A stretch of DNA of 64,000 nucleotides from an uncultured virus (IMG/VR IMGVR_UViG_3300030376_004364). Its lineage: Duplodnaviria > Heunggongvirae > Uroviricota > Caudoviricetes > Crassvirales. The stretch lies in IMG/VR virus record IMGVR_UViG_3300030376_004364, one strand, 5' to 3'. Positions within the stretch are counted from its first letter, which is position 1. Each line of letters opens with the position of its first letter. Made by a program: the position numbers and the translations under genes. Of the stretch, positions 17,399 to 26,977 are shown one piece after another. The notes under the pieces are model-generated. The model was not told the origin of the DNA. It worked only from the letters and a program-made list of their open reading frames with translations, and ran no database searches.

Positions 17399-20300
17399 AT
17401 GGCAAAAACTACTAGGAATTTTATTGCAGGACGAATGAATAAAAGCGTTGACGAACGTTTGCTACCTAATGGCGAGTATGTTAACGCTATGAATCTTCGT
17501 CTAGGTTCAACTGAAGAATCAGAGGTTGGGTCTGTTGAAAATACAAAAGGGAATACCCAGTTAACTTCATTACAATATAATGGTGTTGATTTAAGCAGTC
17601 AGGCTAAATGTATAGGAGCTTACGAGGATGGTCAAAGAGAAACTCTTTATTGGTTTGTTCATGACCCAGCTCATTCTACAGCAGGTATTGTTGATTTAGT
17701 TGTTTCTTTTAATATAGAATCAAATATTTTAACTTATCATGTAGTAACAGAAGGTTTAACTAGTACAGTGCTAAACTTTAATCCTGAATTTTTAATAACA
17801 GGAGTAAATAGAGTAGAAGATTTAGTTTTTTGGACAGACAATTATAACCAACCAAGATTTATAAACATAAATAGAAATTATGATGCTGCTTCCCCTACTT
17901 TAGAAGAGCAGTTATTAGTTATAAAAAAACCACCTGCTTCTGCACCTGAAATAGAATTAAGAAATTTATCAGGAGAAGAAAATTTTATAGAAGAAAGTTT
18001 TATAACGTTTGCATATAGATATAAATATGCTGATGGAGAATATTCTGCACTGTCTCAATTTAGTGAACCTGCTTTTATTCCTAAACCTTTTAATTATTCT
18101 TTAAGCAGTGGTCTTAACGAAGGTATGGTTAATTCTTTTAATAATGTTGTCGTCTCATATAATACTGGAGGTCCTTTAGTTAAAGATATAGAAGTTGTAT
18201 TTAAAGAAACGAATTCGAATGTTATAAAATCAATTGAAGTTTTTAATAAAGAAAACTTAGGGTACGCAGACAATCAATCTTATGAATTATCTTTTGCTAA
18301 CAGTAAAATTTTTACCGTTTTAAATCCTACTCAATTACTACGAACATTTGATAATGTGCCTTTAAAAGCTCAAGCTCAAACTATTATGGGTAATAGATTG
18401 ATATATGGAAATTATGTAGATGGTTACGATTTAATAGACCTAAACGACAATCCTATTCGATTAGAGTATTTTTGTAATTTAATTTCAGAAGAAATTGAAA
18501 CAGGAAGTTTTAGTGATAGAACTGAAAGTGTTACGTATACTATAGATGGAAGTCAAATAATTCCAAATGCTAAAGTATTTTTTGATTTAGATGGATTTGA
18601 TTTAGTTAGTGGAGCTAGTATAACTTTTGATATAAGATTTAGTCATCATTCTTTTTCTGGCTCAGGGACTGCTCCAACACAAACTACTACTAACCAAACA
18701 TTAACTTTTTCCTTTATACTTCCTGCGGATTTTTCAAGTGTTTACGAGTTATCAGTAGACCCTTTATTTGTTAGTTTAGTAGGGGACGCTCTTAATATAC
18801 TTCCTGTATACGATTCTGTTCCTACCAATCCAACATCTTGCGAAGGAGTAACTCTTACTGATGAATTTAATTGTAATATACCTGCTAATTTAGATTCGTA
18901 TATAAAATTTGCCAGTGGTATTAGTGCACCTGCACAACCAATAGAAATAATTTCTAGTCCGGCTAGTACAGAAATAGGTCTAGTGTTACTAGCTATGCGT
19001 TTTGTAGATGACCCTACAACACCTACAACAGACGTTTATGAATATTATACTATTACTTTTGCAGAAGGCTCTTTTTCAGGTATAGGAAACCCTAAGAGTT
19101 TACATAGTGATAGAGATTATGAATTAGGTATGATATATATGGACGAATTTAATCGTTCATCAACTGCATTAGTAAGTCCTAATAATACTGTTCACACAGG
19201 GTGTTCAGTAGCTTTTTTACAAAATTTTATAGAAGCTACTATTCCACCTGCACAACTAGCTCCTAAATGGGCTACACAATATAAGTTTGTGTTAAAACCA
19301 AATAAAGAGGGTTATGATACTATATATACAAATTTTTATTTTGAAGACCCTACAACTAGTGCAACATACTTTTTGTTAGAAGGAGAGAATGCAAGAAAAG
19401 TAGAAGAGGGCGATAGGCTTAGAGTAAAGGCAGACACTGCTGGTCCTACTACAAGATGTCAGTACGCTACGGTACTTCAGAAACAAGCAGAAACAGAAAA
19501 TTTTTTATCAGTTCCACCTGTAGACGAAGATGGGAATGATATACTTATTCCTGCTGGAACATACATGAAAATATTAGCTAATGATTTTCAAACTATTACA
19601 AGCGACAATCCTACTGTACAATTTGGGCGTATAGGTGTATGTAGAGGACAGTCAAGCCATCCTATAGTACGATACCCTGTTAATTTAGAAGACCCTGCAA
19701 GTCCAGGTAATTATGTTGATTATACTATACCAGCCGGCTCTCGTATACAGATTGAGGCTGAATTTAAAAGGCGTGGTGGTCCTGGTAATCAATGTGACGG
19801 AAGAAGGTATAATCTTTTATTAAATTTAGTTGCCTCTCGTGATTATGATAATTTTAAAGAATGGTGGGATGGAGATAATATACAAAGTAGATTAAATTCT
19901 GGAACTGCTTCAGTAAGCGGAAGTCCAGATTGCGACCCTCCTTACTTTGCTAACTATTATACTCCTACCGTAACCAATGATTTAAACGATATTCCGCTTG
20001 AACGTTGTACATACAACTGGAGATTTTATGAAGACCTCAGTACCAATCAAAAGTTTTTAATGGCTTCAGGAACCAATGCGTGTAATGGTAGTGCGTCTAG
20101 AAAAAAAGCTTGTGCTATATTAAATATTAAAGTTTTTAGAGCTGATAATACAATAGTTTTTGAAACAGACCCTGAAGAGGCTACTCCAGATTTATGGTAC
20201 GAATCAGCAGACGTATTTAATATTGATAAAACTACAGGAAGGCATGAAGGTAATGTACAAAATCAAACTGCTACATCTTCAGCTATAATACAAACTGATT

Positions 20301-21817
20301 TCTTTAATTGTTTTAGTTACGGTAATGGTGTTGAAAGTTTTAAAATAAGAGATTCTTTAATTGGAGGAGAGTTTTCTTTAGGAGAGCGAACTGCTTCTAC
20401 TTCAGAAGTAGAATTTAAACAAGCTCATCGTTTTGCTGATTTAACATATAGTGGTGTATATAATGATGAGAGTAATGTAAATAAGTTAAATGAATTTAAT
20501 TTAGGACTTTTAAACTTTAAGCCTTGTGAGGATATTTATGGACCTATTGAAAAATTACATGGAAGAGAAACTGATATTCTTGTACTGCAGGAAGATAAAA
20601 TATCTTATGTATTAGCAGGTAAGAATTTAATTAGTGATTCTATAGGTGGAGGAACGATAGCTTCAGTTCCTGAAGTTCTAGGTACGCAGATAGCTAGAGT
20701 AGAAGAATATGGTATTTCTAGGAATCCTGAAAGTTTTTGTTCATGGGGATTTGATAAGTATTTCACTGACGCTAAGCGTGGGGCTTTAATAAAATTATCT
20801 GGAAGTTCTGGTCAGAACGAACAGCTCAGTGTTATCTCAGAAAAAGGTATGCGTTCATGGTTTAGGGATAGATTTAAAGATAGCTTAAACAAGCAAAAAA
20901 TTGGAGGGTATGACCCTTATATGAACGAATATGTTTTAAGTATAAATGATGAGGATTTACCTTCTGAAATTTTATGTGTAGATTGTGGAATTGAAAGAAC
21001 ATTTACATTTTCTGAGGATGAAATCGTAGAGTATTGCGTTGATTTAGGTTTATATGTGGGTGATGTAGAAATTGAAGTAATCGCAACCACACCTCCCTCT
21101 AGCAGCCCAAGTGCCATAACGGTATACTGGAATGGAAATACTGTTGTACCAACAACAGGAGTAGATAATGGGACATTTACTTTTAACTTCGATAAAAATA
21201 TAGTTAATAAAACTCAGGCTCAGGTAATGATAAATGGTTTAGCAGGAACAACAGTTACTGTTAGGGTAGACTGTCCTGTTTCAGACATACTGACGGTTTA
21301 CCAAGTATGTTTAACAAATGCTACAGATGTAGGTAAAAAAATTCATAATGAATATAGATGGGTAGATGGAACCTATATATCCCCTCTTCATTCTGAACAG
21401 GTTAGTTTTGTTGATGGTACTGATATAATTATTGTTAGTCAATTTAGTTCGGTTACTGCTCCACAAGGAGCTGGTGTTATACCAGCTAACGGAGCTGATG
21501 TACAGGTTATTTGTAATAAAAGACCTGTCGATGATTTTAATTTTGACCCAGCGGAAAATGAGTTTTTTGCACTAAGGACTAATACATTATATACATCTAG
21601 TCCAGCAGATATAAATGCATTGATAGCAGCAGCAGGCTCAGCTCTTCCTTTAGACTCTTCTCTTGCACCACAACAATATGTAGGAGATTATACTATGGCA
21701 ACAACTGGTCAATATTTATATTTAATTTATGATTATAGACAGCCAACCGAAATAGATTTATGTTACAGTACAACTGATATTTTTGATGCATGTTGTGAAT
21801 GTATAACCACACCTTAA
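17399..21817 (+). CDS. Tail stabilisation (P22 gp10-like / muzzle) protein
   Basis: GRMNKSVDERLLPNGEY..AMN N-terminus, FWTDNYNQPRFINI, EYGISRNPESF, YFTDAKRG, GGYDPY. Confidence 0.75.
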   Translation: MAKTTRNFIAGRMNKSVDERLLPNGEYVNAMNLRLGSTEESEVGSVENTKGNTQLTSLQYNGVDLSSQAKCIGAYEDGQRETLYWFVHDPAHSTAGIVDLVVSFNIESNILTYHVVTEGLTSTVLNFNPEFLITGVNRVEDLVFWTDNYNQPRFININRNYDAASPTLEEQLLVIKKPPASAPEIELRNLSGEENFIEESFITFAYRYKYADGEYSALSQFSEPAFIPKPFNYSLSSGLNEGMVNSFNNVVVSYNTGGPLVKDIEVVFKETNSNVIKSIEVFNKENLGYADNQSYELSFANSKIFTVLNPTQLLRTFDNVPLKAQAQTIMGNRLIYGNYVDGYDLIDLNDNPIRLEYFCNLISEEIETGSFSDRTESVTYTIDGSQIIPNAKVFFDLDGFDLVSGASITFDIRFSHHSFSGSGTAPTQTTTNQTLTFSFILPADFSSVYELSVDPLFVSLVGDALNILPVYDSVPTNPTSCEGVTLTDEFNCNIPANLDSYIKFASGISAPAQPIEIISSPASTEIGLVLLAMRFVDDPTTPTTDVYEYYTITFAEGSFSGIGNPKSLHSDRDYELGMIYMDEFNRSSTALVSPNNTVHTGCSVAFLQNFIEATIPPAQLAPKWATQYKFVLKPNKEGYDTIYTNFYFEDPTTSATYFLLEGENARKVEEGDRLRVKADTAGPTTRCQYATVLQKQAETENFLSVPPVDEDGNDILIPAGTYMKILANDFQTITSDNPTVQFGRIGVCRGQSSHPIVRYPVNLEDPASPGNYVDYTIPAGSRIQIEAEFKRRGGPGNQCDGRRYNLLLNLVASRDYDNFKEWWDGDNIQSRLNSGTASVSGSPDCDPPYFANYYTPTVTNDLNDIPLERCTYNWRFYEDLSTNQKFLMASGTNACNGSASRKKACAILNIKVFRADNTIVFETDPEEATPDLWYESADVFNIDKTTGRHEGNVQNQTATSSAIIQTDFFNCFSYGNGVESFKIRDSLIGGEFSLGERTASTSEVEFKQAHRFADLTYSGVYNDESNVNKLNEFNLGLLNFKPCEDIYGPIEKLHGRETDILVLQEDKISYVLAGKNLISDSIGGGTIASVPEVLGTQIARVEEYGISRNPESFCSWGFDKYFTDAKRGALIKLSGSSGQNEQLSVISEKGMRSWFRDRFKDSLNKQKIGGYDPYMNEYVLSINDEDLPSEILCVDCGIERTFTFSEDEIVEYCVDLGLYVGDVEIEVIATTPPSSSPSAITVYWNGNTVVPTTGVDNGTFTFNFDKNIVNKTQAQVMINGLAGTTVTVRVDCPVSDILTVYQVCLTNATDVGKKIHNEYRWVDGTYISPLHSEQVSFVDGTDIIIVSQFSSVTAPQGAGVIPANGADVQVICNKRPVDDFNFDPAENEFFALRTNTLYTSSPADINALIAAAGSALPLDSSLAPQQYVGDYTMATTGQYLYLIYDYRQPTEIDLCYSTTDIFDACCECITTP

Positions 21818-21827
21818 TTAAAATATA

Positions 21828-22784
21828 ATGGCAAACCCAAACACATATTATTTAAACGGACCAACTTTAGGAGCTTCAACAGCGGTATATACTGATTCTA
21901 ATTTAAGTATTTGTGCAGCAGACGGAATTTATTCTGATGGTGTTATAGCAAGAGAGCAATTAAACTGTCAGTTACTTGCACCTCAACAATGTCCATCTTG
22001 TGCTCCACCTTGTGGATTACAAGCAGGTGAATCATCAAATATACAAGGGAGTTTTCTTGGTCAAATTAATGTTGGAAGTGATTTAGGAGCAGTAGTTATT
22101 TATTCTATTGTTGGGAGTGCTATTCCTGATGGAATGTTAGCTACCTATAATGGTCAAACATATAATAAATTAACTTTTATAAATAATAGTGACCGTCCAG
22201 TAGGTCTTAATACACCAGCTGGAGCCCCAACTTATTATGGTTCGAGTAGTAATACTCCTGTAAGTACAGGAAATATTCCTATATACTCATTACAAAATGA
22301 TGGGTCTTATCTAAACACTGGAAATAATCAACCTATAACTGTTCAGGCTAGTCAGATAGATTTAAGAGGAGGAGGGGGAGCCACTGTATATACTATGGTT
22401 GTTCCTAAAAACTCAGCAGTTGCTACAAATATGAATGTAGATATCTATGCCCCAATTCTAGGAACTTTTTTTTCTTGGAAAGCACTATGTCCTGCTTTAT
22501 TACCTAGTTTTACAGGCTCTGCATTACAAGATGTAGACACATGTTCTACTTCAGACCAAACTTATTATTTTGCTCAGAATGCTACAAGTTCAGGCACAGG
22601 TACAGGTTCTGTTCTTACACCTCAAACGTTAACTCAACCAGCTGTGGGTAATTTGGTTTTTACAGATAGTTACGGAGCTAGCCCACTAAATCCTACAAAT
22701 GTTAGTAGAGTTGTTGTGCTACCTAATAACGATTTATTAAGAATATCTAATGGATTGGTAACAGCAGTAAGTACTTGCACTTAA
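21828..22784 (+). CDS. Virion tail-associated protein
   Basis: 318 aa, T/S/G-rich; AADGIYSDG and CPSC motifs. Confidence 0.55.
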   Translation: MANPNTYYLNGPTLGASTAVYTDSNLSICAADGIYSDGVIAREQLNCQLLAPQQCPSCAPPCGLQAGESSNIQGSFLGQINVGSDLGAVVIYSIVGSAIPDGMLATYNGQTYNKLTFINNSDRPVGLNTPAGAPTYYGSSSNTPVSTGNIPIYSLQNDGSYLNTGNNQPITVQASQIDLRGGGGATVYTMVVPKNSAVATNMNVDIYAPILGTFFSWKALCPALLPSFTGSALQDVDTCSTSDQTYYFAQNATSSGTGTGSVLTPQTLTQPAVGNLVFTDSYGASPLNPTNVSRVVVLPNNDLLRISNGLVTAVSTCT

Positions 22785-22795
22785 AATATATATAA

Positions 22796-23617
22796 ATGGA
22801 AAATTACACTTTAACATATAGCGAAGCAGCACAAGGTTTCCCTTCTTTTTATTCTTACTTCCCTGAGATAATAAAAGGAATGAATCAATTCTTATATACC
22901 TTTAAAGGTGGTAACTTGTATAAGCATAATACAAATGAAACTAGAAATAATTTCTATGGTATTCAAGGTATCTCTGAATTAACAAGTATATTTAATGAGT
23001 CTCCTTTAGAAAATAAAAAGTTTAAAACTATTGCTTTAGAAAGCGATGACCCTTGGCAGGGCACATTTATTACTGATATCCAGACTACAGGATTTATAAA
23101 TGCAGATTTATCAAACCCTAGTAATCAGTACTACGAGAAGAAAGAAAATGATTGGTTTGCTTACATACGAAATAGTGGTAATGTTCCTGCTAATCTAGAC
23201 CAGTATGCTTTACGCTCACTAACTGGAATTGGTAACAGCACTTCATTTTTTATAGATGGACCAACTACAACTATTCTTTTTGAACCGCCTGTAAATATAG
23301 GTTCAATGTTATCTATAGGCGATGCTTTTTATTTTGGTGTAGCTAATGCTAGTGGTGATTTAGAACCTACTTTAGCAGGTGTTGTAACAACAGTTACATT
23401 TAGTAATATAGGTAATGTTTTGATAGAATTAGATAACACCGTAGCTGGAGTTGTACCTATTCCTAGTCAGACTGAATATTTTTTATACATTAAGAACTCT
23501 ATTGCTGAATCACAAGGAGTAATGGGACACTACTGTGAGTTTACATTAAGCAACGCATCAACGAGTGCTACAGAATTATTTGCAGTAAAAAGTGAGGCAT
23601 TCAAAAGTTTCCCTTAA
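22796..23617 (+). CDS. Tail protein, possibly the separated C-terminal part of the stabilisation protein
   Basis: YTLTYSE..GFPSFYSYFPE, RNNFYG, KFKTIALE and KENDWFAYI motifs. Confidence 0.55.
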   Translation: MENYTLTYSEAAQGFPSFYSYFPEIIKGMNQFLYTFKGGNLYKHNTNETRNNFYGIQGISELTSIFNESPLENKKFKTIALESDDPWQGTFITDIQTTGFINADLSNPSNQYYEKKENDWFAYIRNSGNVPANLDQYALRSLTGIGNSTSFFIDGPTTTILFEPPVNIGSMLSIGDAFYFGVANASGDLEPTLAGVVTTVTFSNIGNVLIELDNTVAGVVPIPSQTEYFLYIKNSIAESQGVMGHYCEFTLSNASTSATELFAVKSEAFKSFP

Positions 23618-23623
23618 AATTCT

Positions 23624-23631
23624 TATCTTTG
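23624..23631 (+). promoter_or_regulatory. Bacteroidota -7 promoter element TATCTTTG
   Basis: Intergenic TAnnTTTG, close to ATG 23639. Confidence 0.55.
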
Positions 23632-23638
23632 TAGAAAT

Positions 23639-24157
23639 ATGGAAACAGAAGTTTTATCTACTGATATATTAAGAGGAATTTCTACAGGCACTGGATTGCT
23701 TTGGGATGAAATTGAAAACTTTAAGAATCAGCTTATAGCTACAGAGCATGCGTTGGTTCATAAAGCAGGTACTCCTCAAAGTAAAGAGGTACAAGAAGTG
23801 TATCCTTTAAAACAACATCTAGAAGGAGGTTTATATACTAGAGAGTTATTTATGCCTGCTGGGCATGTAGTAATATCTATGGTTCATAAACAAAATCATC
23901 CTTCTTTTTTATTAAAGGGTAAGGTTTCATTTTTAACTGATGAGGGTACGGTAGAGACAATCACTGCTCCTCATCTTATACATACAAAAGAAGGAGCACA
24001 AAGAGTTTTACTTGTGCATGAGGATACCCAATGGTGTTGTGTGTATAAGACAGATGCAAAAACATTTGAAGAAGCTGAGGCGGATGTTTATGCAGATAGC
24101 TATAAGGAATTACCTCAGCATATTATTGAAAAACAAATTTTATTATGTCAGGATTAG
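23639..24157 (+). CDS. Cupin-fold protein
   Basis: GGLYTRELFMPAG...HKQNHPSFLLKGKV...G.QR...HEDT.W. Confidence 0.65.
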   Translation: METEVLSTDILRGISTGTGLLWDEIENFKNQLIATEHALVHKAGTPQSKEVQEVYPLKQHLEGGLYTRELFMPAGHVVISMVHKQNHPSFLLKGKVSFLTDEGTVETITAPHLIHTKEGAQRVLLVHEDTQWCCVYKTDAKTFEEAEADVYADSYKELPQHIIEKQILLCQD

Positions 24158-25077
24158 CTTTAGGTATTGCAAGTTTAGCGATAACTGTTGGAACTACAAC
24201 TAATAGTTTTATACAGGCAGGGAAACAAAAAAGAAAAGCTAGAGATGCTGAAAGAGCTGCAGCTATGGCAATGGCTGAGGTTGAGAAAGAGCTTACTAAG
24301 AATGAGATGAAGGCTTTATCTGTTAATCAGTTACCTTATGAAATGGAACGACAACAAATAGATACGACTATAAAAACTCAGATGGACGCTATTAGAGAGG
24401 GAGACCAGCGTGGAGCTTTAGCAGGGGCATCACGAGTTCAGGCTGGTGCAAAGGAAGCAGCACAGGGACAGCGTGTAGGTATGGCAGCAGAAATGTCTGA
24501 GCTTGATAGATTGGTTGCTGATGAAGCAACAAGGAAGAGTGATATAAAGGCTCAAATAAAATTAGGAGAAGTTCAAGGTGCTCAAAAGGCAATGGCTGAT
24601 GCCACAGAGCAGGCTGCTATTGCAAAGCAGCAGGCTATTCAAGGTGTGGCAAATGTTGCTCAACAAGGCTTAGCTATGGTTCCTACTTATACTAAAAATC
24701 AAGGAGCACGACAGATTAATAGGGCGGCTAGACAAAACAGAAGAGTTGATAAGGCAGCTTTTTTAGCAGGTGGAGGAACAAGAGCTGATTTTAGAGCAGC
24801 TAATCCTAGGTCTGCTATGATGAGTAATTTACAGTCTAAAGTGCAAGGACAATTTGGAACTCCTTTAGCATCAGGATTAGAAGGTCCTTCAGGTCCTTTA
24901 GGTACTCAAGCTTATCCAGGTATACAAGGCTTACCTTCAGGGAATTTAACTCCTGAACAAAGAGGGTATTCCCCAGGTTTAGCAGACCCTAATATGCAGA
25001 TACAAGATTTTCAGGCAGCTTTATTAGATATGTCTCCTTCAGAAAGACAGCTCTTATTTGCTAGCATAGGATTATAA
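24145..25077 (+). CDS. Putative internal virion (ejection) protein 1
   Basis: Hydrophobic N-terminus, A/Q/G-rich helical body, first of three genes of increasing size. Confidence 0.55.
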   Translation: MSGLALGIASLAITVGTTTNSFIQAGKQKRKARDAERAAAMAMAEVEKELTKNEMKALSVNQLPYEMERQQIDTTIKTQMDAIREGDQRGALAGASRVQAGAKEAAQGQRVGMAAEMSELDRLVADEATRKSDIKAQIKLGEVQGAQKAMADATEQAAIAKQQAIQGVANVAQQGLAMVPTYTKNQGARQINRAARQNRRVDKAAFLAGGGTRADFRAANPRSAMMSNLQSKVQGQFGTPLASGLEGPSGPLGTQAYPGIQGLPSGNLTPEQRGYSPGLADPNMQIQDFQAALLDMSPSERQLLFASIGL

Positions 25078-25091
25078 AATAAAAAAAACAC

Positions 25092-26969
25092 ATGAGTTAC
25101 TACGGATACGTTGAAAGAGAAAACGCTTCACAAATAAACTGGGCAGAAGTTGGTGAGAACCTAACTGGTGTACTTAAAAAAGCTAGTGATGACCGACAAG
25201 CAAAACGAAATGCTTTTGACCAGTCAACTAAAGAATTCCAAGATGTTTTAAATAAAGCTCCTTCTGGAGATTTTAAGACCGCTAACGCATTTGCTCTAAA
25301 CCATGCTTCTGACGCTTCTAAAACTAGGCTTCTTCAGGACCGATTACTTAAAAGTGGTCTTATGAAAGATAGAGATTATACTGTTGCTCGTCAGAATTTA
25401 GTTGATGGAACCAAGCAGATGTTTGGATTATCAGAAGAGTATCAGAAAGAGTATGCTGAAAAAATGGAACGACTGGAAGCTGGTAAGAGTCAGGTGTTAG
25501 AATCCTGGCTGATGGAGCAGATAGAAGGACTGGGAAATCTTACTGATGTAAAGTCTTTTATAAACCAGGAGGATGGTAGTGTAAGTATTGGTAAGCTAGT
25601 AGATGGACGAAATGGCACAAGAGTTTTAAGTAAAAACCCTAATGATTTTCTAACTGTTAATCAGCTTAGAAATAGATACAAAAAACAGTATGACAAATTT
25701 AAGGTAGGAGATACAATGGCGGTAGAGGCTGATAGGCTAGGTAGTTTTATAAACACCATCCGAAATGCTGGAGGACCAGAGTACGCAGGTCAAATTACCA
25801 AGATGCTTGACGCAACCCTTAGAGGAACTTTAGATAAAAATCAGAAGAAGGCTGTTGATAATTTTAACAGGATGGAGAAGAATATGATTAATAGCTATCT
25901 AGAATCTAATCCACTAAACGCACTATCTGTTCTTACTAATTACCTTGGAGTAAATCCAAACACAGGTATAAATTTTGAAATTACATTTGATGCAGCTGAA
26001 GCAGCTGGCGACCCTAATAAACTCCTAGTTAAGGATAACGGTAGTGGTACAATTGAGTTCGCTGGAACTGAAGGGCAGAAAAAAATAGCATTTGAAGCGG
26101 TTCAGAATAACTTCAGAAACCAGATAGACAGAGAGAAAACAATCAGCACCTATACTGAGCCTAAACCAAGTGCAACTCAAATTAATCAAGATAATAAAGA
26201 AGCTCAGGAGACACAAGTGGTAACAAATATAGCTCAGCTATACTACGGTACTGACGCACAGGTTCAGGAGGCTGAAGATTATTTAAGAGGTATTAATACT
26301 AATATTGACACGATTGATAGAACAGGTGAGAACATTATTGTAACATTCAATGATGATAGAGCTGATGAGATAATACCTTTTAGAGACGATTCTGGAAAGG
26401 AACTACCCCAAGCGGCTTGGATAACTGGTTCCGCTAACTTCTTCTTAGGAGATAAGCAGAAGATAACAGATATAGATAAGATTATAGGTCTGTCAAAAAT
26501 AGACACAAGCTTAGCTTTTAATCCAGATTCTACAGGATTTAGTGCTGGGGTGAAAAAAAGAAAAGAAACAGCAATGGAAGCTATCATGAGAGGCTTGAGT
26601 GCTGATATTCCAGATAACCATACAGCGTATGCTAAGTTAATAACTGATAAGAAAGATGCAAATGGAAAATTTGTAGAGGACTATAAAGATAAAATACCTG
26701 CAGGGTTTACATTAGAGGAAAAATATAAAACGAATCCAAAGGAGGATAAAATTGTATCAATAGGGAGAAAAGGCAAAGATTCAATTGAAGTTGATATTAC
26801 TAAACCTGATGCTGTTGAAAAAATATTGAATTTTATAAAGAATAATATTGACCTAGTTAGTGAAGATTCTACGGATGTAAATCTTTTGACACAATACATA
26901 CCAGGAGAAGTATCTATAAAACAAGAAGGCAGAGGTAAGACGAATAACCCAGGTGAACTAGACGAGTAA
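25092..26969 (+). CDS. Putative internal virion (ejection) protein 2
   Basis: 625 aa, helical, podovirus-like position. Confidence 0.5.
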   Translation: MSYYGYVERENASQINWAEVGENLTGVLKKASDDRQAKRNAFDQSTKEFQDVLNKAPSGDFKTANAFALNHASDASKTRLLQDRLLKSGLMKDRDYTVARQNLVDGTKQMFGLSEEYQKEYAEKMERLEAGKSQVLESWLMEQIEGLGNLTDVKSFINQEDGSVSIGKLVDGRNGTRVLSKNPNDFLTVNQLRNRYKKQYDKFKVGDTMAVEADRLGSFINTIRNAGGPEYAGQITKMLDATLRGTLDKNQKKAVDNFNRMEKNMINSYLESNPLNALSVLTNYLGVNPNTGINFEITFDAAEAAGDPNKLLVKDNGSGTIEFAGTEGQKKIAFEAVQNNFRNQIDREKTISTYTEPKPSATQINQDNKEAQETQVVTNIAQLYYGTDAQVQEAEDYLRGINTNIDTIDRTGENIIVTFNDDRADEIIPFRDDSGKELPQAAWITGSANFFLGDKQKITDIDKIIGLSKIDTSLAFNPDSTGFSAGVKKRKETAMEAIMRGLSADIPDNHTAYAKLITDKKDANGKFVEDYKDKIPAGFTLEEKYKTNPKEDKIVSIGRKGKDSIEVDITKPDAVEKILNFIKNNIDLVSEDSTDVNLLTQYIPGEVSIKQEGRGKTNNPGELDE

Positions 26970-26977
26970 AAATAATT

